Shown here: piece by piece, positions 27,479-37,851 of the stretch
Position numbering within the stretch: position 1 is the stretch's first letter
How the letters are laid out: each line of letters opens with the position of its first letter
Source of the DNA: Candidatus Eiseniibacteriota bacterium
GTDB lineage: Bacteria; Eisenbacteria; RBG-16-71-46; CAVPCR01
DNA length: 64,000 bases
Direction: 5' to 3'
Assembly: GCA_963702435.1 (NCBI GenBank)
Contig: CAVPCR010000004.1
Location: 480,001-544,000 of the forward strand
The notes under the pieces: generated by a model
Seen by the model: the letters and a program-made list of their open reading frames with translations, nothing else
Database searches by the model: none
Told to the model about the DNA's origin: nothing
Made by a program: the position numbers and the translations under genes

Positions 27479-27657
27479 CCCCGGCAGCCCGTTGACGATC
27501 AACGGGTCCTTCCACAGCCTCCTCGAGACCGGCCCTTGCCGGCGGGCCCGGACGGCCCCGAGAAAGCCGCAAAGATCCGCCCGGCCCTGGCCGATAACAC
27601 GCTGGAAGCAGGTCTCAACCGACGTGATCTTTGCCGACCGGCGAACCGGAGTGACCA

Positions 27658-28176
27658 ATGGCGGTTCCGATCCTTCACGGGTCCCTGACTCACTTTGGAC
27701 TGGCGCCCGTTCTCCGTCTCCTCCAGGCGACGCGGGCCACCGGCCGCCTGGAGCTCGAGCACGGCGACAGCCGCACGGAGCTCTTCATCGAGGACGGCCG
27801 CTGGCTCTTCGCCCGCACCAGCGAGTCGGCGCTGCGGATCGGGGAGATGCTCGTGCGCCGCGGCGATCTCCGGCCGGAAGCCATCGAGTTCGCGCTGGCG
27901 GTGCAGCGGGACTCGCCCGGGGCGCGACTCGGGCAAATGCTCGTGGAGAGCGGCGCGCTGACCGCCGAGCAGGTCCACAGCGCGGTGCTCGAGGTGCAGC
28001 GCCACATCGTACTCGCCGCCCTGATGTGGCGGAGCGGCACGTTCCGCTTCGGGCCGGAGGAGAGGCTCGGTGGAGAGGATATCCGCCTGGAGCTCGATGT
28101 GGACGAGCTCCTGACCTGGGCCGTGACCGCCGCCGATTCTCCGCTCGAGCAACTGCCGGATGAGCGGGCCGCCTGA
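27658..28176 (+). CDS. DUF4388 (PatA-N-like) domain protein
   Basis: LHGSLTHFGLAPVLRLL...TGRLEL...LFIEDG, RIGEMLV, RLGQMLV, W.SG.F.F. Confidence 0.85.
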   Translation: MAVPILHGSLTHFGLAPVLRLLQATRATGRLELEHGDSRTELFIEDGRWLFARTSESALRIGEMLVRRGDLRPEAIEFALAVQRDSPGARLGQMLVESGALTAEQVHSAVLEVQRHIVLAALMWRSGTFRFGPEERLGGEDIRLELDVDELLTWAVTAADSPLEQLPDERAA

Positions 28177-28245
28177 TCGCGCCGGCCGATAACCCCCGAC
28201 CGCCTGATCGCGCCGGCCGCCCCTGACCCGCAGATCACGCCGTCG
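28169..28245. repeat. Direct repeat spanning the DUF4388 stop codon
   Basis: CCGCCTGATCGCGCCGGCCG at 28169 and 28200, with a degenerate third copy at about 28228. Confidence 0.7.
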
Positions 28246-28336
28246 ATCCCTCGCGCGCGGCCGCCGCGGGCGCGCCCGGACAACCCCGCGGCGCTCGCCT
28301 GCGCCGGCTGTCGGTCGTCGGTGACCCGGCCCCGGT

Positions 28337-29455
28337 TCAGCCGGCGAGGAGATCGCGCGCGGCTCCCTCCATCGCTGCCATCTGGTCGGACGGGGGCATC
28401 CCCGGCCGCGCCGGCGCCGGGAAGGGCACGACGCGGACGCGATCCCCGCATGGCCGCCAGCGCGCGGGATCGTTGATCTCCGCGAACACGACCGCGACCG
28501 GCGTGCCGAGGGCCGCCGCGAAGTGGACCGGACCGGCGTCGTTGCCGATGAGGAGCGCCGAGGCTTCGATCACGGCGATCGAGTCGCGGAGCGACAGGGC
28601 GCCGGTGAGATCCAGCGCCGGCTGCTCGAGCTCGCGCTGAAAGCGCTCGCTCCACGCGATGTCCTCCTTCCCGCCCACGACGACGATCGGATGTCCCGCC
28701 CGGGCGAGGGTGCGGGCGAGCGCGCCGAAACCGGCAGCGGGCCAGATCTTCCGCGGATCGCCGGCCCCGACGTGGAATGTCACCGCTCGCCCGGCGCGCG
28801 ATCCGAGCTGTGCGTGTGCGGCCGCTCGCTCCGCTGCCGACGTCGCGAGCCGCGGGCGGGGCGGTCCGGCGAGCGGGCCGGCTCCCGCCGACATGGCGGC
28901 CTCGTGCAGCAGGGTCGCCTGGTGCGTGCCCGGACGTGCGCCGTGCTCGCGGTCGAGGAGGAAGCCGAGGCCGGCATCGCCGAAGCCCACGCGGAAGCGG
29001 GCCCCGGCCGCCGTCGCGAGGAGGATCGCCAGCGGATCGCCGCGCAGATCGAGGGCCAGGTCGTAGCGCCGGGCGCGGAGCGCCCGGGCGAGCCCGAGGA
29101 GTGCCCGCAGGTCCGGCCGCCCGCCGTCGTACCAGCCGGCTTCGCAGACCAGCACCTCGTCCACCAGATCGAGCTCGGCGAACAGCGGGCGGCTCGCCGT
29201 GGCGACGAGCACATCGAGGCGCGCGCGCGGATGCGCGACCCGGAGCGCGGCGAGCGCCGGGAGCGCGAGCACGACATCGCCCAGGTGATCGAGCTTGATC
29301 GCGAGGATCCGTCCGACGGGCGCGGGGAGCGGACGGCGCGCGCGGGCCGCCGATCCGCCGCGGAGCGCATCGCCGGCCCCGTCGAGCGCGCGGCAGAGAG
29401 CGCGCCGCAGCGGGCTCCGGTAGACATACGTGCGGGGGCGTCCAGGCTCGATCAT
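28337..29455 (-). CDS. GT9 glycosyltransferase (LPS heptosyltransferase-like)
   Basis: IKLDHLGDVVL, YDLALDLRGD, KIWP, GNDAGPVHFAAALG. Confidence 0.9.
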   Translation of the reverse strand: MIEPGRPRTYVYRSPLRRALCRALDGAGDALRGGSAARARRPLPAPVGRILAIKLDHLGDVVLALPALAALRVAHPRARLDVLVATASRPLFAELDLVDEVLVCEAGWYDGGRPDLRALLGLARALRARRYDLALDLRGDPLAILLATAAGARFRVGFGDAGLGFLLDREHGARPGTHQATLLHEAAMSAGAGPLAGPPRPRLATSAAERAAAHAQLGSRAGRAVTFHVGAGDPRKIWPAAGFGALARTLARAGHPIVVVGGKEDIAWSERFQRELEQPALDLTGALSLRDSIAVIEASALLIGNDAGPVHFAAALGTPVAVVFAEINDPARWRPCGDRVRVVPFPAPARPGMPPSDQMAAMEGAARDLLAG

Positions 29456-29486
29456 GGGCGGTGCGGATTGTACCTCGCGCGCCGTG

Positions 29487-29584
29487 CCGGCGGCTCCGCA
29501 GCCGCTGTCACCGGCGGATTCGCAGCCCCTGTCACCGAAAGCTCCGCCGCCCCTGTCACCGGCGGCTCCGCCGCCCCCGCGTCA
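29487..29584. repeat. Intergenic 24-bp tandem repeat, 4 degenerate copies
   Basis: CCGGCGGCTCCGCAGCCSCTGTCA-like units at 29487, 29511, 29535 and 29559. Confidence 0.85.
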
Positions 29585-29685
29585 CCGCCGGTGCGGCCGC
29601 CCGAACCGCCGCCTGTGCTACAGTGCGCGCGCGTCCGGAATGGCGGATCGGATCCCACAGGCGCAGGACCACGAGGATGTTCGCG

Positions 29686-30615
29686 ATGACGAGTGATGTG
29701 CAGCTCCGCCGTGTGGCCGTGATCGGCGCCGGTACGATGGGACGCGGGATCGCGCAGGTATCGGCGCTCGGCGGCATGGAGACCATGCTCCACGATGCGG
29801 ACGAGGCGGCGCTCGGCCGCGCGCGCGCCGCGATCGAGGCGGCGCTCGCCAAGGGTGTGGAGCTCGGCAAGGTGCCGGCGGCCGCCGCCACCAAGGCCCG
29901 CGAGAGCCTGCGCACCGCAGCGCGGCTCGAGGATGCGGCGCGCGGGGCCGACCTCGTCATCGAGGCGGTGCCCGAGGACATGGCGCTCAAGATCGAGACC
30001 TTCCGCGCGCTCGTGCGCCTCGCGCCGCCGCATGCCGTGCTCGCCACCAACACCTCGGCGCTCTCCATCACTGAGATCGCCGGCGCCACCGCGCGACCCG
30101 AGCGCGTGATCGGGATGCACTTCTTCAATCCGGTCCACCTGATGAAGCTGGTCGAGGTGGTGCGGGCGCTGCAGACCTCGGAGGCGACGAACGCGCTGGC
30201 CTTCGCCGCAGCGCGACGCATGGGCAAGGAGCCGATCGCGATCAACGAGTCGCCGGGGTTCGTCACCTCGCGCATCAACGCCCTGATCGGCAACGAGGCC
30301 TTCTACCTGCTGCAGGAGGGTGTCGCCTCCGCCGCGGACATCGACAAGGCGCTCAAGCTCGGACTCAACCATCCGATGGGACCGTTCGAGCTCGTCGACC
30401 TGGTCGGCCTCGACACCAGGCTCTCGATCCTCCAGTTCCTCAATCGCACGCTGGGCGAGAAGTATCGGCCGTGCCCGCTCCTCGAGAAGTACGTGAAGGC
30501 AGGACGGCTCGGTCGGAAGGTGGGCAAGGGCGTCTACGACTATCCGGAGCAGGCGTTGGCGGTGCCGGGAGGCAGCGCCGCCGGGCCGCCGGCGGCGCCC
30601 ACGCCTAGAGCTTGA
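29686..30615 (+). CDS. 3-hydroxyacyl/3-hydroxybutyryl-CoA dehydrogenase
   Basis: VIGAGTMGRGIA, IEAVPE, TNTSALS, GMHFFNP, LNHPMGPFEL.D..GLD, GRLGRK.G.G.Y; start may be 29677. Confidence 0.93.
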   Translation: MTSDVQLRRVAVIGAGTMGRGIAQVSALGGMETMLHDADEAALGRARAAIEAALAKGVELGKVPAAAATKARESLRTAARLEDAARGADLVIEAVPEDMALKIETFRALVRLAPPHAVLATNTSALSITEIAGATARPERVIGMHFFNPVHLMKLVEVVRALQTSEATNALAFAAARRMGKEPIAINESPGFVTSRINALIGNEAFYLLQEGVASAADIDKALKLGLNHPMGPFELVDLVGLDTRLSILQFLNRTLGEKYRPCPLLEKYVKAGRLGRKVGKGVYDYPEQALAVPGGSAAGPPAAPTPRA

Positions 30616-31324
30616 AACGGAAGGGCAGGACGACCCGGGCCTTGACCGGGGCGCCGCCCTTCATCGCCGGCCGGAAGATCGAGAGCTTCGCCGCCTCGAC
30701 CGCCGCCGCTTCGAGAACCGCGATCGTCTCCGAGCGGTGAACGTTCGCCGCGATCACCCGCCCGCTCTCCCCGATCGTCATCCGCACGTAGACCACGCCC
30801 TCGATCTTCGCTTGCTTCGCCCCATCCGGATAGACGGGCGGGAAGAGCCGGATCGTGACCGGCGGTTCGTCGAACGGCGGGAAGACCTCATCGCCCGTGG
30901 CGCGCGCGCAGGTGATCCGATCCTTGTTCGTGTCGAGCGTCTGCTTCTCCTCGTCGGCCCACGGGATCGTGATCGTGTAGGGCTCGGCGGTGGCCGCCGT
31001 GTCGGCCCAGGTGAAGACGATGGTCCCCGCCGCCTCGCCGCGCCGCATGCCGGTGAAGGGGATCGATCCCGCCCGGTCGCGCACGGCGAGCGGGCTCACC
31101 TCGAGCCCGGCGGGAGCCGCGGCCTTGGTGCCCGCTTTCTTCCCCGGCTCCGGGCCGCGCGCCGTGACCGTGAAGAAGACGGTCTCGCGCGCGCATTCGA
31201 TCGTGAACGATTGCCGGCGCGCCTCGGGCGGGGGCGCCGCGGCCGCGCGCGGGGCCGGCCCGGCTGTGCCGAGGAGGAGGGCGGCGAAGAGGAGGACCGG
31301 CGCGCGGCGCCGCGAGCCGGTCAT
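30605..31324 (-). CDS. Exported protein with TonB C-terminal domain
   Basis: Signal-peptide-like N-terminus; C-terminal PVYPDGAKQAKIEGVVYV...F.PA...G.PV...V.LPFRFKL. Confidence 0.82.
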   Translation of the reverse strand: MTGSRRRAPVLLFAALLLGTAGPAPRAAAAPPPEARRQSFTIECARETVFFTVTARGPEPGKKAGTKAAAPAGLEVSPLAVRDRAGSIPFTGMRRGEAAGTIVFTWADTAATAEPYTITIPWADEEKQTLDTNKDRITCARATGDEVFPPFDEPPVTIRLFPPVYPDGAKQAKIEGVVYVRMTIGESGRVIAANVHRSETIAVLEAAAVEAAKLSIFRPAMKGGAPVKARVVLPFRFKL

Positions 31325-33551
31325 CGGAGCGGCGCCTCGAGCGGCTGCCGGTCGGGGAGCCGCCGGTCCGCGCGTGCATTCGCATCGAGCCGGGCGTGGG
31401 CGCTCTCGAGGCCCGGGTCGATCTCGAGAGCGCGGCGGTAGAAGTCGCGCGCTGCCTCGTGTTCGTTGCGAAGTTCGGCGATGCGGCCGTCCACGTAGGC
31501 GGCGACAGCCGGCGCCGGTGCGGTGGCCAGCGCCTCGGCGAAATGGTGCTCGGCCCAGGTCGGCGCTCCGGTCTCCGCGAAGAGCTCGCCGAGGCGCACG
31601 TGGGCGAGCGCGGTGTCGGGTCCGGCCGCCGCGATGTAGCGCGGCAGGACCGCGGCCGCGCGTTCGGTGAACCCCGCCTGCGCGAGGGCGACGGTGAAGC
31701 GCGCTAGCGCCGCGGCGTCGGGGAGGACGCTCGAGAGGTGCGCGCTCGTGCCATAGGGTATCGCGAGCCCCTCGCCATAATTGAAGGCGGCCTCCCAGTA
31801 CTTGCGCTCGGCGAAGAGCCGGTCGGCGAGGATGAGCGACGGCGGGCGCGGGCGCGCGAGCGCGACCGGTCCGCGCGCGATGAGCTCGGCCTCGCCTTGC
31901 ACCGGGGCGAGATCGAAGCCGGCGAGCCCGGCAGTCGCGATCGGACGGCGCGGGAGCTCGGCGGCGATCGTGGCCTGGAGCTCGGGTGTGGCGGGAGTGA
32001 GCACTGTGAGCTCGGGGCGGGTCCCGTCCACCGCGAGGAGATAGCGGCAGGTCTCCGCACGCTGTGCATCGGTGACGAGGAGCGTGCGCGCGTCGAGCGC
32101 GGCGAGGATCGCCTTCGCCTCGTCGCGCGCAGTCCAGTCGCCGGCTCGCCAGGGACGGAGCCGGGGCTCCGGGCCGGGCGAGGGCACGGCATACAGCGTC
32201 CTGATCCAGGGATCGAGCTGCGGTGATGCCGGGAGATGCGGCAGGAAGAAGTAGAGCGCGACCGGAAGCGCGACGAAGAGGATCCCGAGCGTCACGGGGA
32301 CGCCGGGCCGCAACCGGCGGTAGGTTGCCGCGACGCCGATGGCGGCGGCGATCGCGAGCGGCACCCATGCCGCGATCACGGCCGACGGAGTCACGAGCGC
32401 CACCGCGCCGCTCGCCGCGATGAGCGCGAGGAGGAGAAGGCCCTCGCGCCGGCCGCCGCCGCGGGCGAGGAGCACGATGAGTCCGATCACCGCGAAGATC
32501 GTCGCGGCGAGGAAGGAGGCCGCGAGGCGAGCGGCGGCGATCGCCAGCGCATCGAGCGGCGGGCGCTGCCAGGGCGGACCGCCGATCAGGCTCGCGATCA
32601 CATCGCCGACCGTCCGGGTGCTCGCCGCGGTGGCGACGATCTCGCGCCAGAGGAGGGTCGCGAGCGGGAGGAGTCCGAGCGCGAAGGCAAGGGCGACGAG
32701 CCAGGCGGCGCGCGCGATCGAGCGCGCCGGCGGGCTCGCGAGGAGCGCGCTCCCCGCGAACAGGTACACGATTGCGATCAGGCCGATCGCGCGCTGCTCG
32801 GTCACGGCGAGTCCGACGAGGACGAGTGCCGCGAACACGGTCCACGCGCCGCCGCCGCGGAGCCGCGCGGCGAAGAGGGCGGTGGCGAGCGCGAGGAGGA
32901 GGATGACGAGCGGCGTGTGGTCGGCGACGACGGCGCGTGCCCAGAAGGCGTGGGCGACGGCGAGGCTCGCCGCCCCGGCGGCCGCGAACGAGACCCGGCT
33001 CGGCGCATCGCCGATCTCCGATCGGTCGAGGCGGCCGAGCGCGGTCCAGAAGACGACGAGGACAGCGAGCGCGGCGGTGATCGCGGTAGCCAGGTTGGCG
33101 CGATAGGCGGGATCGGAGAGCGGCATCCACTGCGCGAGCGGGGGCGCGGCGAAGAGCGCCGGAGTCGGGACGCGCATCGCGAGATGCGCGAGCGCGACGG
33201 TCAGCGGATGGTCGCGCGCCTCGCCGCCGATCTCGTCCCGGAATGCAGCGGTCTGGAGGCGAGCCGTGTCGCCCGCGCCGACCGTGGGCAGGATGGTCGC
33301 GACGTAGAGGGCGAGCGCCGCCAGGAAGACGACGAGGGCGGCGCCGAGGGTCGCGAACATGCCGCGGCGGCGGGGCTCGATTGGCGGCGCCGCTGCGGGC
33401 GCGAGTTCCTCGGGGGCGGCAGCGCCCGCCGCTGCCGGCGGCGCGCCGGGGTCCGGGGCGGTTCCTTCCCGGCCGGCGGGGGGCCCGCCCGTGGCGCCCG
33501 CGTCGGCGGGGGGGTCGCGGCGGTGCCGGGCCGCGGGTCGTCCTGCTTCAT
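31321..33551 (-). CDS. DUF2723/TMEM260-like multi-pass GT-C-type membrane protein with C-terminal TPRs; frameshift near the 5' end
   Basis: LYVATILPTVGAGD..., HPL, many TM helices, TPR-like tail. ATG with RBS at 33551 joins the main frame only if the G7 run at 33508-33514 were G8; alternative in-frame ATG at about 33360. Confidence 0.7.
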
Positions 33552-33659
33552 GGTTTCCTCGCTCTTCTCCTGCGAGGCACGGTAGCGCGCCCGGCGGGAG
33601 GACACAAGCGGTGGAAGCGCAGGTTGCCGCCGCTGCCGGCGGCCGGTAGTCTGGACGAC

Positions 33660-35054
33660 ATGAGCGAGCCCGCAAGCGCAGCGTCCCCGGTGCGGACGCT
33701 CCGTCCCGTCAATCCCGCCACCGGCGAGACCATCGGGGAGGTGCCCTGTTCCACCCCGGCCGACGTGGCGGCCGCCGTCGCCCGCGCGCAGCGCGCGCTC
33801 CCCGGCTGGCGATCGCTGCCTCCCGCCGCCCGCGCCGCGGCGCTGGCCGCCGCCGGCGCCGAGGTCCAGGCCGCCGCGCCGGCGCTCGCCGACCTCGTCA
33901 CCGCCGAGATGGGGAAGCTCCGTCGCGCGGCCCTGGGCGAGGCGCAAGCGGTTGCGGAGAGCCTCAAATCTCTGCACAACCTCCTGCCCGCGCTCGAGCC
34001 GATCGAGCACCGCGACGGGAAGCTCGTGACCCAGGTGGTGCGCGATCCGCTCGGCGTGGTGGCTGCGATCACGCCGTGGAACTTCCCGCTGTCGATGCCC
34101 GAGTCGCTCATCTCGCCGGCGCTCCTCGCCGGCAACACGGTGGTGTGGAAGCCGTCCGAGCTGACCCCGCTCTCGGGCGCGCTCCTCCACGAGCGGATCG
34201 CGGCGGCGCTGCCGCCGGGCGTGCTCGAGGTCGTGCAGGGGGCGGACGAGACGGGGCGGGCGCTCGTCGCCGCCGACGTGCAGATGGTGGCCTTCGTCGG
34301 CAGCCAGGCGGTCGGGAAGGCGATCATGCAGGCGGCGGGGAACGACCTGAAGCGGCTCGTCCTCGAGCTCGGCGGCAAGGACCCGATGGTGGTGCTCGAG
34401 GACGCCGATCTCGACCGCGCCGCCGAGTTCGCCGTGAACGGCTCCTTCCGGAACTCGGGCCAGGTCTGTGTCTCGGTCGAGCGCATCTACGTGCACGAGG
34501 CGATTGCCGACGCGTTCATCGAGAAGGTGGTGGCGCGGGCGAAGAGCTGGCGGGTCGGTCCCGGCACGAGCGAGGAAGCGGACATGGGGCCGATGGCGAG
34601 CGCGACCCAGCGCGACCGGGTGCTCGCGCAGCTCGAGGACGCGCGCCGCCGCGGGGCGCAGGTACTCCTCGGCGGGCACGCGATGCCGGGTCCGGGGTTC
34701 TTCCTCGAGCCTGCGGTCGTCGTCGGCGTGAGCGGCGACATGGCGCTCATGCGCGAGGAGACCTTCGGTCCGGTCGCCGCCATCGAGCGGGTGAAGAGCG
34801 CCGACGAGGCGATCGAGAAGGCGAATGCGACGAGCTTCGGGCTCGGCGCCACGCTGTGGTGCGGCGCGCCCGACCGGGCGCGCGCCCTCGCCGCGCGGCT
34901 CGATGCGGGCATGGTGGGTGTCAACCGGTCGATCGGCGGCGTGTCAGGCACGCCGTGGGTCGGAGCGAAGCAATCGGGCTTCGGCTTCATCGAGTCGCCC
35001 GAGGGCATCCGCCAGTTCACGCAGACGCGGAAGATCTCCTACGAAGAGCCGTAG
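33660..35054 (+). CDS. Aldehyde dehydrogenase (succinate-semialdehyde dehydrogenase-like)
   Basis: TPWNFP, KPSE, FVGS, LELGGKDP, SGQVCVSVER, EETFGPV. Confidence 0.92.
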   Translation: MSEPASAASPVRTLRPVNPATGETIGEVPCSTPADVAAAVARAQRALPGWRSLPPAARAAALAAAGAEVQAAAPALADLVTAEMGKLRRAALGEAQAVAESLKSLHNLLPALEPIEHRDGKLVTQVVRDPLGVVAAITPWNFPLSMPESLISPALLAGNTVVWKPSELTPLSGALLHERIAAALPPGVLEVVQGADETGRALVAADVQMVAFVGSQAVGKAIMQAAGNDLKRLVLELGGKDPMVVLEDADLDRAAEFAVNGSFRNSGQVCVSVERIYVHEAIADAFIEKVVARAKSWRVGPGTSEEADMGPMASATQRDRVLAQLEDARRRGAQVLLGGHAMPGPGFFLEPAVVVGVSGDMALMREETFGPVAAIERVKSADEAIEKANATSFGLGATLWCGAPDRARALAARLDAGMVGVNRSIGGVSGTPWVGAKQSGFGFIESPEGIRQFTQTRKISYEEP

Positions 35055-35074
35055 CCGCCCGCCTTCCCGTCCTG

Positions 35075-37807
35075 CTAGCGCACGTCGCTCAGCAGCACGG
35101 CGTCGCTCACCTCCTCGCCGCGGGAGAAGGCGATCCGCTTCCCGTCCGGCGACCAGTCGAACGAGAAGACGCGGCCGCTCTCGAAGCGGGTGATCTGCTC
35201 GGGCGGTGCCTCCCCGAGCGGATTCCGCCAGATGTTCGAGACCCCGTCGCGAGTCACGACAAAGGTGACCGCGTCCGACCTCGGAGCCCAGCGGGCTTCT
35301 CCCACTCCCTCCGGAACATCGGAGGTCGAGAGGATGGCGCCCCCGGCGGCCGGGACGACCGCCGCCGCCGGCACGAAACGCTTGCCGTCCGTTCGCAGGT
35401 ACACGTACACGATGTACTTCCCGTCCGGAGAGACGAGCCCGAGGCCCCGCGGTTCCTTGACGACGGCCACCGGCTCGCCGCCGGCGAGCGGCATCTTCCA
35501 CAGGGTTCTCTCCGCCGCGCGGTCCGTGTAGAGGAACCACCGGCCATCGGGCGACAGGTCGTTGGCGACCTCGCCGGCGCCGCTCGTGATCGGTGTCGGG
35601 TTCCCGCCGTCGGCGTCGAGGCGGAACACATGCGGGACACCGCGGTCGCGCACCGACGTGCAGAGGATGAAGCTGCCATCGGGAGCCGGGATGGGGGTCG
35701 TGTACTTCTGGGACTCGGTGGTCAGACGCCTTTGCTCGCGCCCCTCGGCGTCGCAGGCCCACATGTCGTAAGCGCCCCCGCGCTTGGCCATGAAGGTGAT
35801 CGTCCCCGAGCGGGCCCAGCGGATCTGCTCGACGAACTCGTTGCGCTCGCGGGCGAGGCTCGTGGCCCGCGCGGCATCCGCGGCCGGCGCCAGCCACAGG
35901 CTCGAGCTGAAGCTCGTCTGCACGGTGACGAGCGAGCGGGAATCGGCGGCCACGCTCACGCCGCGGTAGTTGTTGAGATCGTTGGTGACTCGCCGGAGCT
36001 CGCCCCCAGGATAGGAGAGATGCCAGATCTGGTGTTTGTCGGCCGCCTGCGCGGTGCTCGCCGTGACGAGAAGACCGCGGCCGTCCGCCAGCCACGCCAG
36101 CCCGTTCACATCCGCCCAGCGCTCGGCGCACAGCGAGCGTTCCTGGCCGGACTCGACATCCACGACCACGAGCGCCTGGTGAACACCTCCCTCCTCGCTG
36201 GTGGTCACCGCGGCGATCGTCGTGCCATCGGGAGACCAGGCGAGGACGCTCAGACTGTAGGTCTCCGGGTCCTTGCGCTCCGCAATTCTCTGCTCGCCCG
36301 TGCCGTCGGCCGCGGCGACGAGGATGGCGCTCGCGTTCTGTTCCGGGTAACCGCGCGCGAAGGCGATGCGCTTGCCGTCCGGGGAGAAGGCGACAGGGGT
36401 GTCGACGTCGAAGATCAGCTTCCGCGCCTCGCCGCCGAGGACCGGGATCTGATAGAGGAGCGAGTACAGGGTCACGTCGCGCTCGTAGCGCGTGTAGTAG
36501 ACGTAGTTGCCATCCGGGGTGACTGCGATTCCGCTGAAGGGAGTTCCCGGCGGCACGATCTCGACATCGCTGCCGGTGGCGACCTGGCGGACGACGAGGC
36601 TCTGCCGGCCCGCCTCCTCGACCACCTGCACCACCACCTTGCCATCGGGGGCGATGGCGGCGGCGCGGACCTTCCCGCTCGCGGTCAGGCTCGTGATGCG
36701 CATGGACTCGAAGGCCGAGGGAGCCGCCGGCCGTCCCTTTCGCTGCCCGAGGAGGTAAGCGCCGGCGAGAACGGCGCTCGCGATCGCGACGCCGGCGAGC
36801 GCGGCGCCGAGCCAGAAACGCGGCCCCCGCGCGCGCACCGGGGCGACCGCCGCGACGGAGCTCGACGAGGCCGACCCCGGCGCGAGCTGGTCGTAGTCCG
36901 CGGCCAGCTCGGCGAGCTCGATCGCGAGATCCTTCATCGACTGGTGGCGCTGCTCGGGATCCTTGGCCAGGCAGCGGCGGATGAGCCGGCGGACCTCGGC
37001 CGGCACGTTCGGATTCAGCTCGTCCACGGGCGGCGGCTTCTCGCGGAGGATCCTGTGCATCACCTCGACGTCGGAGTCGCCGCGGAACGGACGCTGGCCG
37101 GTCGCCGCCTCGTAGAGGATGCAGCCGAATGAGAAGATGTCCGAGCGCTGGTCCACCGTCCTCCCCTGGACCTGCTCCGGGGACATGTAACCCACCGTGC
37201 CGAGGATGGCGCCGTCGCGCGTCGGCGACGCGGCCGCGGTCGTCACCTCGCTGCCGGGGGCGGCGGCCGGTCCCGCCTCGGTGAGTTTGGCGAGCCCGAA
37301 GTCGAGCACCTTCGCGTAGCCATCCTGGGAGATCATGATGTTGTCGGGCTTCAGGTCGCGATGCACGATGCCGGCGGCATGCGCCTTGGCCAGGCCCTCG
37401 GCGGCCTGGGCCATGTAGAGCAGCAGCGTGCGGAGCTCCGTCTTCTCGTCGTGGATCTTCTGGCGCAACGTGACGCCGTCGACGAACTCCATCGCGATGT
37501 AGTGGATGGAGGTCTCCGCCGGCTGGCCGGCGTCCGGCTCTCCCTCCGGCCGCACGGTGGCGGCACCGATCTCGTGCACGGTGACGATGTGAGGATGGCT
37601 CAGCGAGGAGGCCGACTTGGCTTCCTGCACGAAGCGGCGCACCCGCTCGTCGTCGCGCACGAGGTCGGGCGGGAGGATCTTGAGCGCGATCGTGCGACCG
37701 AGGACGGTGTCCTCCGCCTTGTAGACCTCGCCCATGCCGCCGGCGCCGACGAGGGAGAGGAGGCGGTAGTGCGAGACGGAGGACCCGACGCGGAGCGTGC
37801 TCTTCAT
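35075..37807 (-). CDS. Hanks-type Ser/Thr protein kinase with TM segment and TolB/PD40 beta-propeller
   Basis: GAGGMGEVY, ALK, HRDLKPDN, DFG, YMSPEQ; TM FWLGAALAGVAIA; repeated SPDG propeller blades. Confidence 0.93.
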   Translation of the reverse strand: MKSTLRVGSSVSHYRLLSLVGAGGMGEVYKAEDTVLGRTIALKILPPDLVRDDERVRRFVQEAKSASSLSHPHIVTVHEIGAATVRPEGEPDAGQPAETSIHYIAMEFVDGVTLRQKIHDEKTELRTLLLYMAQAAEGLAKAHAAGIVHRDLKPDNIMISQDGYAKVLDFGLAKLTEAGPAAAPGSEVTTAAASPTRDGAILGTVGYMSPEQVQGRTVDQRSDIFSFGCILYEAATGQRPFRGDSDVEVMHRILREKPPPVDELNPNVPAEVRRLIRRCLAKDPEQRHQSMKDLAIELAELAADYDQLAPGSASSSSVAAVAPVRARGPRFWLGAALAGVAIASAVLAGAYLLGQRKGRPAAPSAFESMRITSLTASGKVRAAAIAPDGKVVVQVVEEAGRQSLVVRQVATGSDVEIVPPGTPFSGIAVTPDGNYVYYTRYERDVTLYSLLYQIPVLGGEARKLIFDVDTPVAFSPDGKRIAFARGYPEQNASAILVAAADGTGEQRIAERKDPETYSLSVLAWSPDGTTIAAVTTSEEGGVHQALVVVDVESGQERSLCAERWADVNGLAWLADGRGLLVTASTAQAADKHQIWHLSYPGGELRRVTNDLNNYRGVSVAADSRSLVTVQTSFSSSLWLAPAADAARATSLARERNEFVEQIRWARSGTITFMAKRGGAYDMWACDAEGREQRRLTTESQKYTTPIPAPDGSFILCTSVRDRGVPHVFRLDADGGNPTPITSGAGEVANDLSPDGRWFLYTDRAAERTLWKMPLAGGEPVAVVKEPRGLGLVSPDGKYIVYVYLRTDGKRFVPAAAVVPAAGGAILSTSDVPEGVGEARWAPRSDAVTFVVTRDGVSNIWRNPLGEAPPEQITRFESGRVFSFDWSPDGKRIAFSRGEEVSDAVLLSDVR

Positions 37808-37851
37808 GGCGGGAGCATAGCACCCCGTGTGTCGGCCGGCGGTGGCCCTCC

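Noticed and set aside
29487..29584. 24-bp repeats as CRISPR or iterons
   Set aside because: Head-to-tail degenerate tandem without unique spacers; no rep or cas gene nearby.
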